From an uncultured Actinomycetota bacterium (lineage in GTDB: Bacteria > Actinomycetota > Actinomycetes > Propionibacteriales > Nocardioidaceae), in contig CAWEUA010000017.1 in assembly GCA_963812055.1 (NCBI GenBank), positions 16,253-80,252 of the forward strand: DNA of 64,000 bases, in the 5' to 3' direction. A model generated the notes under the pieces. It was not told the DNA's origin. It ran no database searches and saw nothing but the letters and a program-made list of their open reading frames with translations. This document shows, in pieces, positions 20,158-31,733 of the stretch. Every line of letters begins with the position of its first letter. Positions within the stretch are counted from its first letter, which is position 1. The translations under genes were made by a program, and so were the position numbers.

Positions 20158-21456
20158 ATGGCCACGATGAAGATCGCGGACGCGTTCACCCAGCTGTTGA
20201 CCGGGCCGCTGCCCCTGCGTGTCACGGCGTACGACGGCAGCGCGGCCGGTCCCGAGGACGCGCCGTTCGGCTTCGAGGTCCGCAACGAGCGCGGCCTGGC
20301 CTACCTGATGACCGCGCCCGGCGACCTCGGCCTCGGCCGCGCGTACGTGGCCGGTGACCTCGGCGTGACCGGCGTGCACCCGGGCGACCCGTACAACGGG
20401 CTCAAGGCGCTGCAGAAGGAGCTGAAGTTCCGGATGCCGTCGCCGAAGGAGGCGGTCGCGCTGGCGAGGGGTCTCGGCCTCTCCCACCTCAAGCCGCCGG
20501 CCCCGCCGCCGCAGGAGCACCTGCCCCGGTGGCGTCGGGCCGCCGAGGGGCTGCGTCACTCACGCAAGCGCGACTCCGAGGCGATCCACCACCACTACGA
20601 CGTGTCGAACGCGTTCTACGAGTACGTCCTCGGCCCGTCGATGACCTACACCTGCGCGGTCTTCCCGGACGCCGACGCGACGTTGGAGCAGGCGCAGTAC
20701 TACAAGTACGACCTGATCGCGAAGAAGCTCGGCCTCGAGCCCGGCATGCGGCTGCTCGACGTGGGTTGCGGCTGGGGCGGGATGGTCCGGCACGCCGCCG
20801 AGCACTACGGCGTCAAGACCATCGGCGTCACGTTGTCGCGCGAGCAGGCGACCTGGGCGCAGGAGAAGATCAAGGAGCAGGGCCTCGACGACCTCGCCGA
20901 GGTGCGGCACAGCGACTACCGCGAGGTGAGCGAGTCCGGCTTCGACGCCGTCTCGTCGATCGGCCTGACCGAGCACATCGGCGTGAAGAACTACAAGGCG
21001 TACTTCTCGTTCCTGCGCGACCGCCTGCGTCCGCAGGGTCGGCTGCTCAACCACTGCATCACCCGCCCGCACAACCGTCGCCAGGAGACCGGGGCGTTCA
21101 TCGACCGCTACGTCTTCCCCGACGGCGAGCTGACCGGGTCGGGCCGGATCATCACCGCGGCGCAGAACGTCGGCCTCGAGGTGATGCACGAGGAGAACTT
21201 CCGGCTCCACTACGCCCGCACGCTGGCCGGCTGGTGCCACAACCTCCAGGAGAACTGGGACGCGTGCGTCGACGAGGTGGGCGAGGGCACCGCCCGGGTG
21301 TGGGGGCTCTACATGGCCGGGTCGCGGCTCGGCTTCGAGCGCAACGAGATCCAGCTGCACCACGTGCTCGGGGTGAAGACCGACGACCAGGGCAACGACG
21401 ACTTCCCGTGGCGCCCGTCGTTCCCGATGGACGCGAGCTACCCCACTGCTGGTTGA
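20158..21456 (+). CDS. cfa: Cyclopropane-fatty-acyl-phospholipid synthase family SAM methyltransferase (Rv3720/BfaB-like)
   Basis: AIHHHYDVSNAFY, GPSMTYTCA, LLDVGCGWGG, SIGLTEHIG, FIDRYVFPDGEL, HYARTL. Confidence 0.88.
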   Translation: MATMKIADAFTQLLTGPLPLRVTAYDGSAAGPEDAPFGFEVRNERGLAYLMTAPGDLGLGRAYVAGDLGVTGVHPGDPYNGLKALQKELKFRMPSPKEAVALARGLGLSHLKPPAPPPQEHLPRWRRAAEGLRHSRKRDSEAIHHHYDVSNAFYEYVLGPSMTYTCAVFPDADATLEQAQYYKYDLIAKKLGLEPGMRLLDVGCGWGGMVRHAAEHYGVKTIGVTLSREQATWAQEKIKEQGLDDLAEVRHSDYREVSESGFDAVSSIGLTEHIGVKNYKAYFSFLRDRLRPQGRLLNHCITRPHNRRQETGAFIDRYVFPDGELTGSGRIITAAQNVGLEVMHEENFRLHYARTLAGWCHNLQENWDACVDEVGEGTARVWGLYMAGSRLGFERNEIQLHHVLGVKTDDQGNDDFPWRPSFPMDASYPTAG

Positions 21457-21610
21457 GGAGGCCCGCTAGGGCCGTCTCGAAACCCGGTGACGGTGTCTGA
21501 TGCCCCAGGCGCGGTCACCGGGTTTCGACTCGCCTGTCACGGCTTCGCAGGCTCAGCCGTGGCCCCGGGCTCCGCGGTTCCTGAGGAGCCGAGGGACGAG
21601 GCGTCTCGAC
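21451..21610. repeat. Extragenic palindromic (REP-like) element between convergent genes
   Basis: 15-bp perfect inverted repeat TCGAAACCCGGTGAC (21477-21491) / GTCACCGGGTTTCGA (21514-21528); 21514-21534 matches 43275-43295 exactly as the reverse complement. Confidence 0.6.
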
Positions 21611-22666
21611 GGGCAACCTGCGCTCACGACGCCCTGCCCTCGTTCCTCGGGCACGGCTGATCGCTTGCCAGGCGGCGATCACGACGAGGGCGTAGGCGAC
21701 CCCGGCGAGCTCGTCGACGACGTAGTGCTCGCCGCCGTACACCAGCGAGACGCCCATCGCGACCGGGTAGAGCGCCAGCAGGGCCTTCTGCCACCAGCGC
21801 CTGCCGAACCAGAAGAAGCCCGCGGCCAACGTCGCGTACGCCATGTGCAGCGACGGCATCGCGGCGACCGGGTTCACGAGGTACCGCCCCTGGTCGAGCG
21901 CACCGCCGACCATCTGCAGGCCGATCAGGTTGAACCCGTCGGAGGTGTAGCGACCGACGGGCGGGCCCGGGAAGACGCCGTGGAAGCCGGCCAGCCAGGG
22001 CGGTGCCATCGGATACAGGTAGTACGTCGCGACTCCCATCACCGCGAGCGCCACGACCATCCGCATCCACACCCGGAAGCGGTCCCGGTTCACCAGCCAG
22101 AGCACGACGGCCACGGTCGGCATCACCAGGAAGTGGCTGCAGTAGGTGAGGCTGATCGGCACGGAGTACCACGGCGTCGAGGCCCCGGGGTGCAGGTGCT
22201 CCTGGAGCCACGTCGTCGGCATGCCGCCCATGCCGAGGTGCTCGCCGATCCAGAGGTCGACCCGGATCGGGGCCTGGACGTGCAGCGGGAGGCCGAGGCG
22301 GTTGTGCACCGCGTCGATCGGGTAGTCGTCGGCCGCCATCTGCGCCGGTGTGTACGGCGTGGCGAAGCCACGGCTGTAGTCGTAGGCCAGAAGCACGGCC
22401 TGGAACGGCAGCCAGTCGAGCATCATCCGCCACCAGGCGTGCCATCCGCGGCCGAGCACCGTGATCGACAACAGGACCAGGACCGCGCCGTAGATCCCGA
22501 GCCGATCCGTGGGGATGCCCTGGACCGAGAGGAAGACCGCGCAGGCCACGACGTACAGCACCAGTGCGGTCCACCGCACCACTCGCCAGTCGAGGCGACG
22601 GCGACGCGCTTGTCCGGGCCCGGGCGCACGGGTGCCCGACTGCGTGGACACGTCGAGCGCGGGCAC
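21515..22666 (-). CDS. PAP2/Aur1-like membrane phosphatase or phosphotransferase
   Basis: Multiple TM segments; YLYPMAPPWL, AAMPSLHMAY, YGGEHYVVD. Confidence 0.75.
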   Translation of the reverse strand: MPALDVSTQSGTRAPGPGQARRRRLDWRVVRWTALVLYVVACAVFLSVQGIPTDRLGIYGAVLVLLSITVLGRGWHAWWRMMLDWLPFQAVLLAYDYSRGFATPYTPAQMAADDYPIDAVHNRLGLPLHVQAPIRVDLWIGEHLGMGGMPTTWLQEHLHPGASTPWYSVPISLTYCSHFLVMPTVAVVLWLVNRDRFRVWMRMVVALAVMGVATYYLYPMAPPWLAGFHGVFPGPPVGRYTSDGFNLIGLQMVGGALDQGRYLVNPVAAMPSLHMAYATLAAGFFWFGRRWWQKALLALYPVAMGVSLVYGGEHYVVDELAGVAYALVVIAAWQAISRARGTRAGRRERRLPVETPRPSAPQEPRSPGPRLSLRSRDRRVETR

Positions 22667-22711
22667 CTGCCGATGCTAGTCCGGGGGTCCGGCGCGACTA
22701 GCCTGGCGGCG

Positions 22712-23473
22712 ATGACCAGCAGGGCCCAGCGGTACGACGGCGTCGTCACGCGACGCGATCAGGTGTCGCCGCACCTCGTGCGGCTGACCCTGTCAGTGCC
22801 GGGCCTGATCTCGACGGGCGTGCCCGACGAGTGGGTCGGACTCGTGATCCCGGGCCAGTTCCAGTCGCGCTACTACACCGTCCGGTCGCTCGAGGGCGAC
22901 GCGCTGGTGCTCGACGTGGTCCTGCACGCGGTGGGCCTGGTCACGGAGTGGGCGAGTGGCGACTGCGTGGGTGAAACTGCGGTCGTGACCGCGCCCCAGG
23001 CGTCGTACGCACCGCCGGACGGTGCCGGGTGGCTCCTCCTGGTCGGCGACCTCACCGCGATGCCGGCGATGCACCGCATCTCCGCCGCGACCTCGTTGCC
23101 GACGCGCATCTGGGCGGAGGTCCCCGACGACCTCTCCGGCTACCTGCCGGACGGTCCTGAGGTCACCTGGCTGGCGCCGCCGAGCGAGGGACAGTCCCGC
23201 CTCGCCGACGTGGTGGCGCAGATCGACTGGCCCGCGGGCGACGGGTACTTCTGGATGGCAGGGGAGTCGGCGCAGATGCGGTCGATCCGCAAGCACCTGA
23301 TGCGCGAGCGCGGGCTCCCGAACGCGGCGTACGACGTGATGGGGTACTGGCGGGCCGTGAGCGCGCGGCAGCCACGGGCCGTCGATCCCGGCCCGATCTG
23401 GCGTGACGGCAAGGCGTCGGGCAAGACCGACGAGGAGATCTGGGCGGCGTACGACGAGGCTCGCGGTGTCTGA
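22712..23473 (+). CDS. Siderophore-interacting protein (FAD-binding reductase)
   Basis: SPHLVRLTL, SRYYTVR, LVGDLTAMPA, YFWMAGES, VMGYWR. Confidence 0.82.
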   Translation: MTSRAQRYDGVVTRRDQVSPHLVRLTLSVPGLISTGVPDEWVGLVIPGQFQSRYYTVRSLEGDALVLDVVLHAVGLVTEWASGDCVGETAVVTAPQASYAPPDGAGWLLLVGDLTAMPAMHRISAATSLPTRIWAEVPDDLSGYLPDGPEVTWLAPPSEGQSRLADVVAQIDWPAGDGYFWMAGESAQMRSIRKHLMRERGLPNAAYDVMGYWRAVSARQPRAVDPGPIWRDGKASGKTDEEIWAAYDEARGV

Positions 23474-24404
23474 GTACTACACGCCACCGGAGGGCTACCG
23501 CAGCGGCTTCGCGTCGTTCGTGGGGCGGCCGAACGCCGGCAAGTCCACGCTGACGAACGCGCTGGTCGGCCGGAAGATCGTGATCACCTCGGACAAGCCG
23601 CAGACCACGCGCACCGTGGTCCGCGGGATCGTCCACCGCACGGACGCCCAGCTGATCCTGGTCGACACCCCGGGGCTCCACCGGCCGCGCACGCTGCTCG
23701 GCGAGCGGCTCAACGACCTGGTGCGCACGACCTGGGCCGAGGTCGACGTCGTGGCGGTGTGCTTCCCGGCGAACGAGAAGATCGGCCCGGGTGACCGGTT
23801 CATCGTCACGGAGCTGGCGAAGATCCGCCGCACGCCCAAGGTCGCCGTCGCCACCAAGACCGACCTCGCGGACCGGCAGCAGATCGGGCAGCACCTCCTC
23901 GACATCGCCGAGCTCGGCCGCGAGACCGGCACCGACTGGCAGGAGATCGTCCCGGTCTCGGCCGTCGCCGGCGACCAGGTGGGTCTGCTCGCGGACCTCC
24001 TCGTCGGCCTGATGCCGGAGGGCCCACCGCTCTACCCCGACGGCGACCTCACGGACGCACCCGAGGAGATCCTGGCCGCCGAGCTGATCCGCGAGGCCGC
24101 GCTGGACGGCGTGCGCGACGAGCTGCCGCACTCCATCGCGGTCGTCGTGGAGGAGATGGGTCTGCGCGAGGGCCGCCCCGACGGCAAGCCGCTGCTCGAC
24201 ATCAGCGCCAACCTGTACGTCGAGCGGTCGTCGCAGAAGGGCATCGTGATCGGACACCAGGGCGCCCGGCTCCGTCAGGTCGGGACGGAGGCCCGCAAGC
24301 AGATCGAGGCGCTCCTCGGAACCCCGGTCTACCTCGACCTCCACGTGAAGATCGCCAAGGACTGGCAGCGCGACCCGAAGCAGCTGCGCAAGCTCGGGTT
24401 CTGA
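23466..24404 (+). CDS. era: GTPase Era
   Basis: GRPNAGKST, KPQTTR, DTPG, TKTD, ELPHS, KH domain with VIGHQG, YLDLHVK. Confidence 0.96.
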   Translation: MSEYYTPPEGYRSGFASFVGRPNAGKSTLTNALVGRKIVITSDKPQTTRTVVRGIVHRTDAQLILVDTPGLHRPRTLLGERLNDLVRTTWAEVDVVAVCFPANEKIGPGDRFIVTELAKIRRTPKVAVATKTDLADRQQIGQHLLDIAELGRETGTDWQEIVPVSAVAGDQVGLLADLLVGLMPEGPPLYPDGDLTDAPEEILAAELIREAALDGVRDELPHSIAVVVEEMGLREGRPDGKPLLDISANLYVERSSQKGIVIGHQGARLRQVGTEARKQIEALLGTPVYLDLHVKIAKDWQRDPKQLRKLGF

Positions 24405-24407
24405 CGG

Positions 24408-25233
24408 TCAGCTCGGCGCCCAGCAGACTCCGTAGGTCCGCCCGGCTCGCCACTGCGGCAGGGTCGGCCACTGGTAGGACCAGCGGTAGTTGAGCGGGTC
24501 GCTCGACGCGTCGGCGCCGGCGTCCTGACAGGGTTGCTGGCCGGCCGAGCGGACCGCGTCGACGCCCGGGTAGGGGCCGGGCTCGAAGGTGACGGTGCGC
24601 AGGGCGACCCAGCTGTGCGGTGCGGCGCAGATGCGTTGTTGGAACCCTTCGCTGCCGGGCTCGGCGGTGCCGCACAGGGCGTAGTGGTCGCGCCCGTCCG
24701 TCCGGTCGAGCACGCCCTCGATCGGGCCCTGGAGCAGCGCGAGGTGCTCGTCGTCGCGGAGCGCGATGGCGACGCACTCGAACCAGTGCGCCCCCGCGGC
24801 GGCCTGGTCGACCGTCGGCGTGAACCAGACGGTCCGCAGCAGGCTCAGCCGCCGGTCCTCCGGCGTGCCGCCGACGAAGGCCGCGAAGCGCCGCGGGCAG
24901 GCGGTCGACTCGAGGCGGTGGACGACGGGTCCGTCGACGGGGAGGGACGCGTCGTACCGCCCCACGAAGAACGTGAGGCCGGTGTGGACGCCGGTGCACG
25001 GCACCGGCTTCTGGGTGCGGGTGGGCGCGAGAGCCGCGGCGTACGCGAGGCGGTAGCAGGTGCGCGCGTGGGGCGGCTTCGGTGGCTTCGGCGGGATCGT
25101 CTCGGTCGCGGTCGGGGTCGGCGAGTGCAGGACCTGGGGCTGCTTCTCCGCGGACGGAGCTGCTCGAGCCCGAGCAGGCGGTCAGGGCGAGAGCGACGGC
25201 GGTGACCAGCGCCAGGCACCAGCGGCTGCTCAT
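24408..25233 (-). CDS. Septum-formation-family lipoprotein, apparent 1-base frameshift near 25160
   Basis: Lipobox LTAC; continues in the adjacent frame with TCYRL, PVPCTGVHT, WFTPT, HWFECV, YGVCWAP. Confidence 0.65.
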
Positions 25234-26021
25234 GAGTCCGTCCTGGCCCAGCACACCGAGCGGCGGTTGCCGGCCGCCCACTCCGGCTCGTGGAACCACG
25301 AGTAGCCGTAGTCGTAGTCGACCGGGTAGTCGAGCCAGGCCCCCACCGACTTCGAGCAGTAGTCGCGGGTCTGCGCCTGGACCGCGTGGTCACCGGGGTA
25401 GGGGTCTCCCGCCGACCCGAGCACGATCGTGGTGACGGCCCGCCAGTCGTGCTTCTCCGAGCAGGGCACCTTGACCGAGCCGCTGACCGTCGCCCCCTGC
25501 GCGCACACCATCCAGGTGTCGTGGGGTCGCCCGAGCAGCAGGCCCTTCGTCGTCTGGGGGAGGTCGACGTAGGTGCGGATCTGGTCGCCGCCGCCGATCA
25601 CGTCGCAGCGATACCAGCGGGCTCCAGCCTCCCACGCAGCCTTGTCGGGACGGAACCACGCCCAGCTCAGGATGGTGCGCATCGCGAGACTCTCGTCCGC
25701 GCCGGTGAAGTCGATGAAGTCGCTGGTGCAGGTGCGGAAGGCGTACGCCGCGACCTTGTCGTCGTCGTACGCCGCCTGGTCGAACTCCGAGGGTAGGGAC
25801 GCGACAGCGATGGTCTGGGCGGTGTGGGTCTCGTCGCACGAGACGGGCTCGGTGTCGTTGCTCGGCTGCGCGACGTCGTCGGGCGTGAGCAGGCGGCAGG
25901 CGCCGATGTCGGGGGCGGCGGCCTTGTCGGAGGACGTGCCGCCGGCCGAGGATCCGAAGCAGGCCGAGAGCAGGGGCGCGAGCAGCAGGAGGGGTGCGAC
26001 CACGCGCAGGGCATGCGGCAC
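25230..26021 (-). CDS. Septum-formation-family lipoprotein
   Basis: Lipobox LSAC; GACRLL, VSCDETHTAQT, WFRPD, RWYRCDV, VPCSEKHDW, RSVCWA. Confidence 0.7.
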   Translation of the reverse strand: MPHALRVVAPLLLLAPLLSACFGSSAGGTSSDKAAAPDIGACRLLTPDDVAQPSNDTEPVSCDETHTAQTIAVASLPSEFDQAAYDDDKVAAYAFRTCTSDFIDFTGADESLAMRTILSWAWFRPDKAAWEAGARWYRCDVIGGGDQIRTYVDLPQTTKGLLLGRPHDTWMVCAQGATVSGSVKVPCSEKHDWRAVTTIVLGSAGDPYPGDHAVQAQTRDYCSKSVGAWLDYPVDYDYGYSWFHEPEWAAGNRRSVCWARTDS

Positions 26022-26078
26022 CGCGGAGAACCCCCACCGGGTCGGGACCAGGACGCGGTGAGCCTACCCTCGGCTCTT

Positions 26079-27512
26079 GTGGCGAAAACTCTCTACCGGG
26101 CCGGCTGGATCGTCGCGTTCCAGGACGGTGAGCACCGGATCCTTCGTGACGGCTGTCTGGTCGTCGAGGACGACCGGATCGTCCATGTGGGGTCGACGTA
26201 CCCCGACCCGGTCGACCGCTACGTCGACCTCCCCGACCGGATCGTGACGCCCGGCTACATCAACACCCATGCCCACCTCGACGAGTCGCCGATCGACAAG
26301 TCGGTGCAGGAGGACGTCGGCAACCGGCAGTTCTGGCTGACCGGGCTGATCGAGATCCTGCCGACGGAGATGGCCGGGCTCGACGAGGACGGCGCGCGGG
26401 CCTGCGTCGACTACTCGCTGATCGAGCTCGCCCGCACCGGCACCACGACGGTCCTGCAGATGGGCGGCATCGAGGAGTACGCCGCCGACGCGATCGAGGC
26501 GAGTGGGCTCCGCGGCTACGTCGCGCCGATGTACCGCTCGGGCCGCTGGTTCACCCCGGACGGCAAGCGGGTCGACTACGCCTGGGATCCCGACGACGGT
26601 CGCCCGGGCTTCGAGGCGGCGACCGCGTTCGTCGAGCGACTCCGCGGCCGGGCCGACGGGCGGGTGCAGGGCTTCCTCGCGCCGGCCCAGGTCGACACCT
26701 GCAGCGAGGCTCTGCTGCGCGACTCGCGGGCAGCGGCGGACGACCTGCAGGTCCCGATCTCGCTGCACGCGTCACAGGGCGTCTGGGAGTTCCAGGAGAT
26801 GACCCGGCGGCATGGCCGGACGCCGGTCGAGTGGCTGTCGGACCTCGGGTTCCTGGGGCCGCGAACCGTCCTCGGCCACGCGGTGTTCATCGCGGGCAAC
26901 TCGTGGGTGAACTTCGCCGGTGATGACCTCGGCCTGCTCGCCGCGTCGGGGACCTCCGTGTCGTACAACGCCTGGTGCTTCATCCGGCGCGGGCTGGTGA
27001 TGGAGTCCTTCCCGGAGTACGTCGAGGCGGGGATCAACATGTGCCTCGGCACCGACACCGCGCCGCAGTCGATGATCGAGTCGCTCCGCTGGACGGCGAT
27101 CGCCGGCAAGGTCGCCTCGCGGCGTACCGATGTGTCCACCGCACGCCAGGTCTTCGACGCCGCCACGGTGAACGCGGCGGACCTCCTCGGGCGCCCGGAC
27201 CTCGGCCGGATCGCAGCCGGAGCCAAGGCGGACCTGCTGTTCTGGCGAGCGGACGGCTTCACCATGACGCCGATGCGCGACCCGATCCGCAACCTCGTCT
27301 ACTACGCCCAGCCGTCCGACCTGGCCGACGTCCTCGTCGACGGACGCCCGGTCGTGGAGGACGGCCACGTGGTCGGCGCGGACGTCGTCCACGCGACGCA
27401 GCGGGTGCAGGAGGCAGGGGAGCGGATGTGGTCGCGATGGTCCGACGCCGACTGGGCCGGTCGGACCCTCGACGAGGTCGCGCCACAGACGTACGCCGAC
27501 TTCACCCGCTGA
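26079..27512 (+). CDS. Amidohydrolase family protein (chlorohydrolase/MTA-SAH deaminase-like)
   Basis: PGYINTHAH, LHASQ, LGHAV, LGTD, GRIAAGAKADL. Confidence 0.85.
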   Translation: MAKTLYRAGWIVAFQDGEHRILRDGCLVVEDDRIVHVGSTYPDPVDRYVDLPDRIVTPGYINTHAHLDESPIDKSVQEDVGNRQFWLTGLIEILPTEMAGLDEDGARACVDYSLIELARTGTTTVLQMGGIEEYAADAIEASGLRGYVAPMYRSGRWFTPDGKRVDYAWDPDDGRPGFEAATAFVERLRGRADGRVQGFLAPAQVDTCSEALLRDSRAAADDLQVPISLHASQGVWEFQEMTRRHGRTPVEWLSDLGFLGPRTVLGHAVFIAGNSWVNFAGDDLGLLAASGTSVSYNAWCFIRRGLVMESFPEYVEAGINMCLGTDTAPQSMIESLRWTAIAGKVASRRTDVSTARQVFDAATVNAADLLGRPDLGRIAAGAKADLLFWRADGFTMTPMRDPIRNLVYYAQPSDLADVLVDGRPVVEDGHVVGADVVHATQRVQEAGERMWSRWSDADWAGRTLDEVAPQTYADFTR

Positions 27513-27547
27513 GGTCGCACCTCCGTCGCCTGGCCTACCATCGCCCG

Positions 27548-28114
27548 GTGCTCGAGGTACGGACAGCGACAGGGCGGGACCGGGCAGACGTCGCGCGAGT
27601 CCTGGCGACGGCCTTCGACGACGACCCCCTCGCCCGCTGGCTGGTGCCGCACCCGCAGTCCCTTCGCCGGCTCTTCGCCGCGCAGGCGCGCTGGATCCAC
27701 GGCGTGCCCGGCTGCACGGACCTCGCGTTGCTCGACGGCGAGCCGGTGGGCGCGGCCATCTGGGATCCGCCCGGACATCGTGTCCCCACCTGGCGCCAGC
27801 TCGCGTCGATGCCCTTCTACGTGGCCGCGATGGGCCGCGGTCTCGGGCGCGGAGTGTCGCTGGAGAACGCGATGCACCGGGCCCGGCCGAGCGCGACGTT
27901 CTGGTATCTCGCCGGGATCGGTGCCGTCCGCCGCGGCGAGGGGATCGGCTCGGCGTTGCTCCGGCACCGGCTCGAGCAGACCAGCGGGCCGGCGTACCTC
28001 GAGAGCAGCAAGAAGGAGAACATCCCGCTCTACGAGCGCTTCGGCTTCGAGCTCCGCGAGACGCTGGAGCTCGCCGACGGTCCGGATCTCTGGCCGATGT
28101 GGCGGGCCGGCTGA
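27548..28114 (+). CDS. GNAT family N-acetyltransferase
   Basis: AFDDDPL, WYLAGIG, RGEGIGSALL, PAYLESS, LYERFGF. Confidence 0.8.
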   Translation: MLEVRTATGRDRADVARVLATAFDDDPLARWLVPHPQSLRRLFAAQARWIHGVPGCTDLALLDGEPVGAAIWDPPGHRVPTWRQLASMPFYVAAMGRGLGRGVSLENAMHRARPSATFWYLAGIGAVRRGEGIGSALLRHRLEQTSGPAYLESSKKENIPLYERFGFELRETLELADGPDLWPMWRAG

Positions 28115-28365
28115 CCCGCACCGCGGAAGGTCCGGCGGTACGCCGCGGGCGAGACGCCGACGTGTGTGCGCAGATGGGCCCGGAGTGACTCGGCCGTGAC
28201 CATCCCGGCGTGCTCGGCGACCTCGTCGACGCCGAGGTCGGTGGCCTCGAGGAGGTGCTGCGCATGCCGGACCCGCTGCTGGATCAGCCACGCCCCGGGG
28301 GACTGCCCGGTCTCCTCACGGAACCGACGAGCGAACGTGGGCAGGCTCATCCCGGCCCGAGAGGC
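28030..28365 (-). pseudogene. C-terminal fragment of an AraC/GlxA-family regulator (HTH only)
   Basis: RAGMSLPTFARRFREETGQSPGAWLIQQRVRHAQHLLEATDLGVDEVAEHAG...SPAAYRRTF; no N-terminal domain upstream. Confidence 0.7.
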
Positions 28366-28460
28366 ACCGCCTCGTGTGCGGCGTTGTCGATCGCCGCCAG
28401 CTCCGCGGTGGTGGCGAGGTCGAGGTCGTCGACCGCGACCCGGGTGACCGTGACGGTCAC
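28347..28460 (-). pseudogene. 5' fragment of a gene (GNAT-like start) truncated at the junction with the AraC fragment
   Basis: GTG 28460 overlaps the upstream stop (GTGA); encodes only VTVTVTRVAVDDLDLATTAELAAIDNAAHEAVPLGPG*. Confidence 0.4.
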
Positions 28461-29215
28461 ACGGCCACCAGGTGGAGGTACGCCAGGCCGAGGATCCCGC
28501 GATAGCCACCGAAGTACGACGCATGCTGGCGCGCCGCGAGCGCCCGCACGTCGGCGGCCTCCGGGTCGTCGTCGGCATGCCCGGCCAGCCACCGGGCGTA
28601 GCCGGCGGTGAAGCCGGACTCGAACGTGTCCCACTCGTCCCGGTCGGCCTCGTGCGCGGCCATCACGGCAAATCCCTGCCGCTCGGCGAGCTCGACCAGC
28701 TCGCCGAGCGGGACGTACTCGTCGTCGCGGCCGGCGAGTGGCGCCGTCGCCGCCGGGGTCGGGGGAGCCGACCAGATGCCCTCGCCGAAGACCAGGCGCC
28801 CGCCCCGGGGGAGCAGGGCGCGCAGGGCGGTCAGGGCGGCCGCGTAGTCGAGCGGCTGCGCCTCGTCGACCTGCGGGCCCCAGATCTGGGAGGCGCCGAT
28901 GCAGGTGATCGCGCCGAAGGCCCCCTCCATCTCCCGGGCGTCCCGGGCCTCGAACGTCGCGCGGTCGGCGACCCCTCGGTCGACCGCGCGCCGGTGCGCG
29001 CTCGCGACAGCCTCCTCGTCGAGGTCGACCCCGAGCCCCCGCGCCGCGGGTGCCGCCTCGAGGACGCGCAGCAGCAGCTCACCCCATCCGCAGCCCACGT
29101 CCAGCACGGTCGAGGGGTCGTCCTCGGTGAGGAACCGGACGAGTCGCCCGGCGCGGTCCTCCGAGAGCGGGGACAGGAAGGTCAGGTCGCGGTGGAGCGG
29201 GGAGAACGTCGGCAT
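28457..29215 (-). CDS. Class I SAM-dependent methyltransferase
   Basis: LTFLSPLS, VLDVGCGWGELL, GLGVDLD, CIGASQIWG, RLVFGEGIW. Confidence 0.8.
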   Translation of the reverse strand: MPTFSPLHRDLTFLSPLSEDRAGRLVRFLTEDDPSTVLDVGCGWGELLLRVLEAAPAARGLGVDLDEEAVASAHRRAVDRGVADRATFEARDAREMEGAFGAITCIGASQIWGPQVDEAQPLDYAAALTALRALLPRGGRLVFGEGIWSAPPTPAATAPLAGRDDEYVPLGELVELAERQGFAVMAAHEADRDEWDTFESGFTAGYARWLAGHADDDPEAADVRALAARQHASYFGGYRGILGLAYLHLVAV

Positions 29216-29268
29216 CGCGGACAGTCTTGTCGCCGGCAGCGCCGGCGGCCAGCGGATTCGCCTCGGCC

Positions 29269-29727
29269 TCAACGGCCGGGGCGGTCCACGCGCTCCCAGG
29301 GCCAGTCGGACGCGAGCCACTGCGCGACGGCGTCGGCCAGGGGGACGTCGAGGTCGGCGCGCTCGGCCGTCACCCACGAGCTCACCGACATGTCCCAGTC
29401 GTCGGAGCGCGAGGGGTAGACGTAGACGCACCCGATGACGTCGTCGGCCTCGAGGTCGAGCACGGTGAAGGTGAACCCGGTGCGCTGCTCGAAGTCGGCG
29501 GCGTGGCGGCGGAGGTCCTCGAGGTTGCGCTCCAGGCTCATGCCCTCGACCGGGGGCCAGCTGCTGCCGGCGAAACCGGGAGTCGCGCGGACGTGCCCGA
29601 TGCTGGAGGTCCAGGCGGCGTGGTCCGACTCGTTGTGCTGCGGCCCGAGAGGCTCGAGCCGGAACCGGTCGGTCACCAGCGAGGTCGGCGGGTCGAAGTC
29701 GGCGGGCACGCACGGGTCCGTGGTCAT
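29269..29727 (-). CDS. GNAT-like N-acetyltransferase
   Basis: FRLEPLGPQHNESDHAAWTSS, NLEDLRRHAADF, VIGCVYVYP. Confidence 0.7.
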   Translation of the reverse strand: MTTDPCVPADFDPPTSLVTDRFRLEPLGPQHNESDHAAWTSSIGHVRATPGFAGSSWPPVEGMSLERNLEDLRRHAADFEQRTGFTFTVLDLEADDVIGCVYVYPSRSDDWDMSVSSWVTAERADLDVPLADAVAQWLASDWPWERVDRPGR

Positions 29728-29831
29728 GCCAGCGACGGTAGGGGTGGCGTGAGTCGTCCGCATCCGAGTTCGTCCCGGCCATGGACACGTGGTGACGCGC
29801 GACGTACCCGGCCTGTTAGCGTGAGGGCGTC

Positions 29832-31694
<1,863 letters not shown>

Positions 31695-31733
31695 CGATGA
31701 TGCGTCGACGCCTCTGGGCCAGGTGGATCCCGG

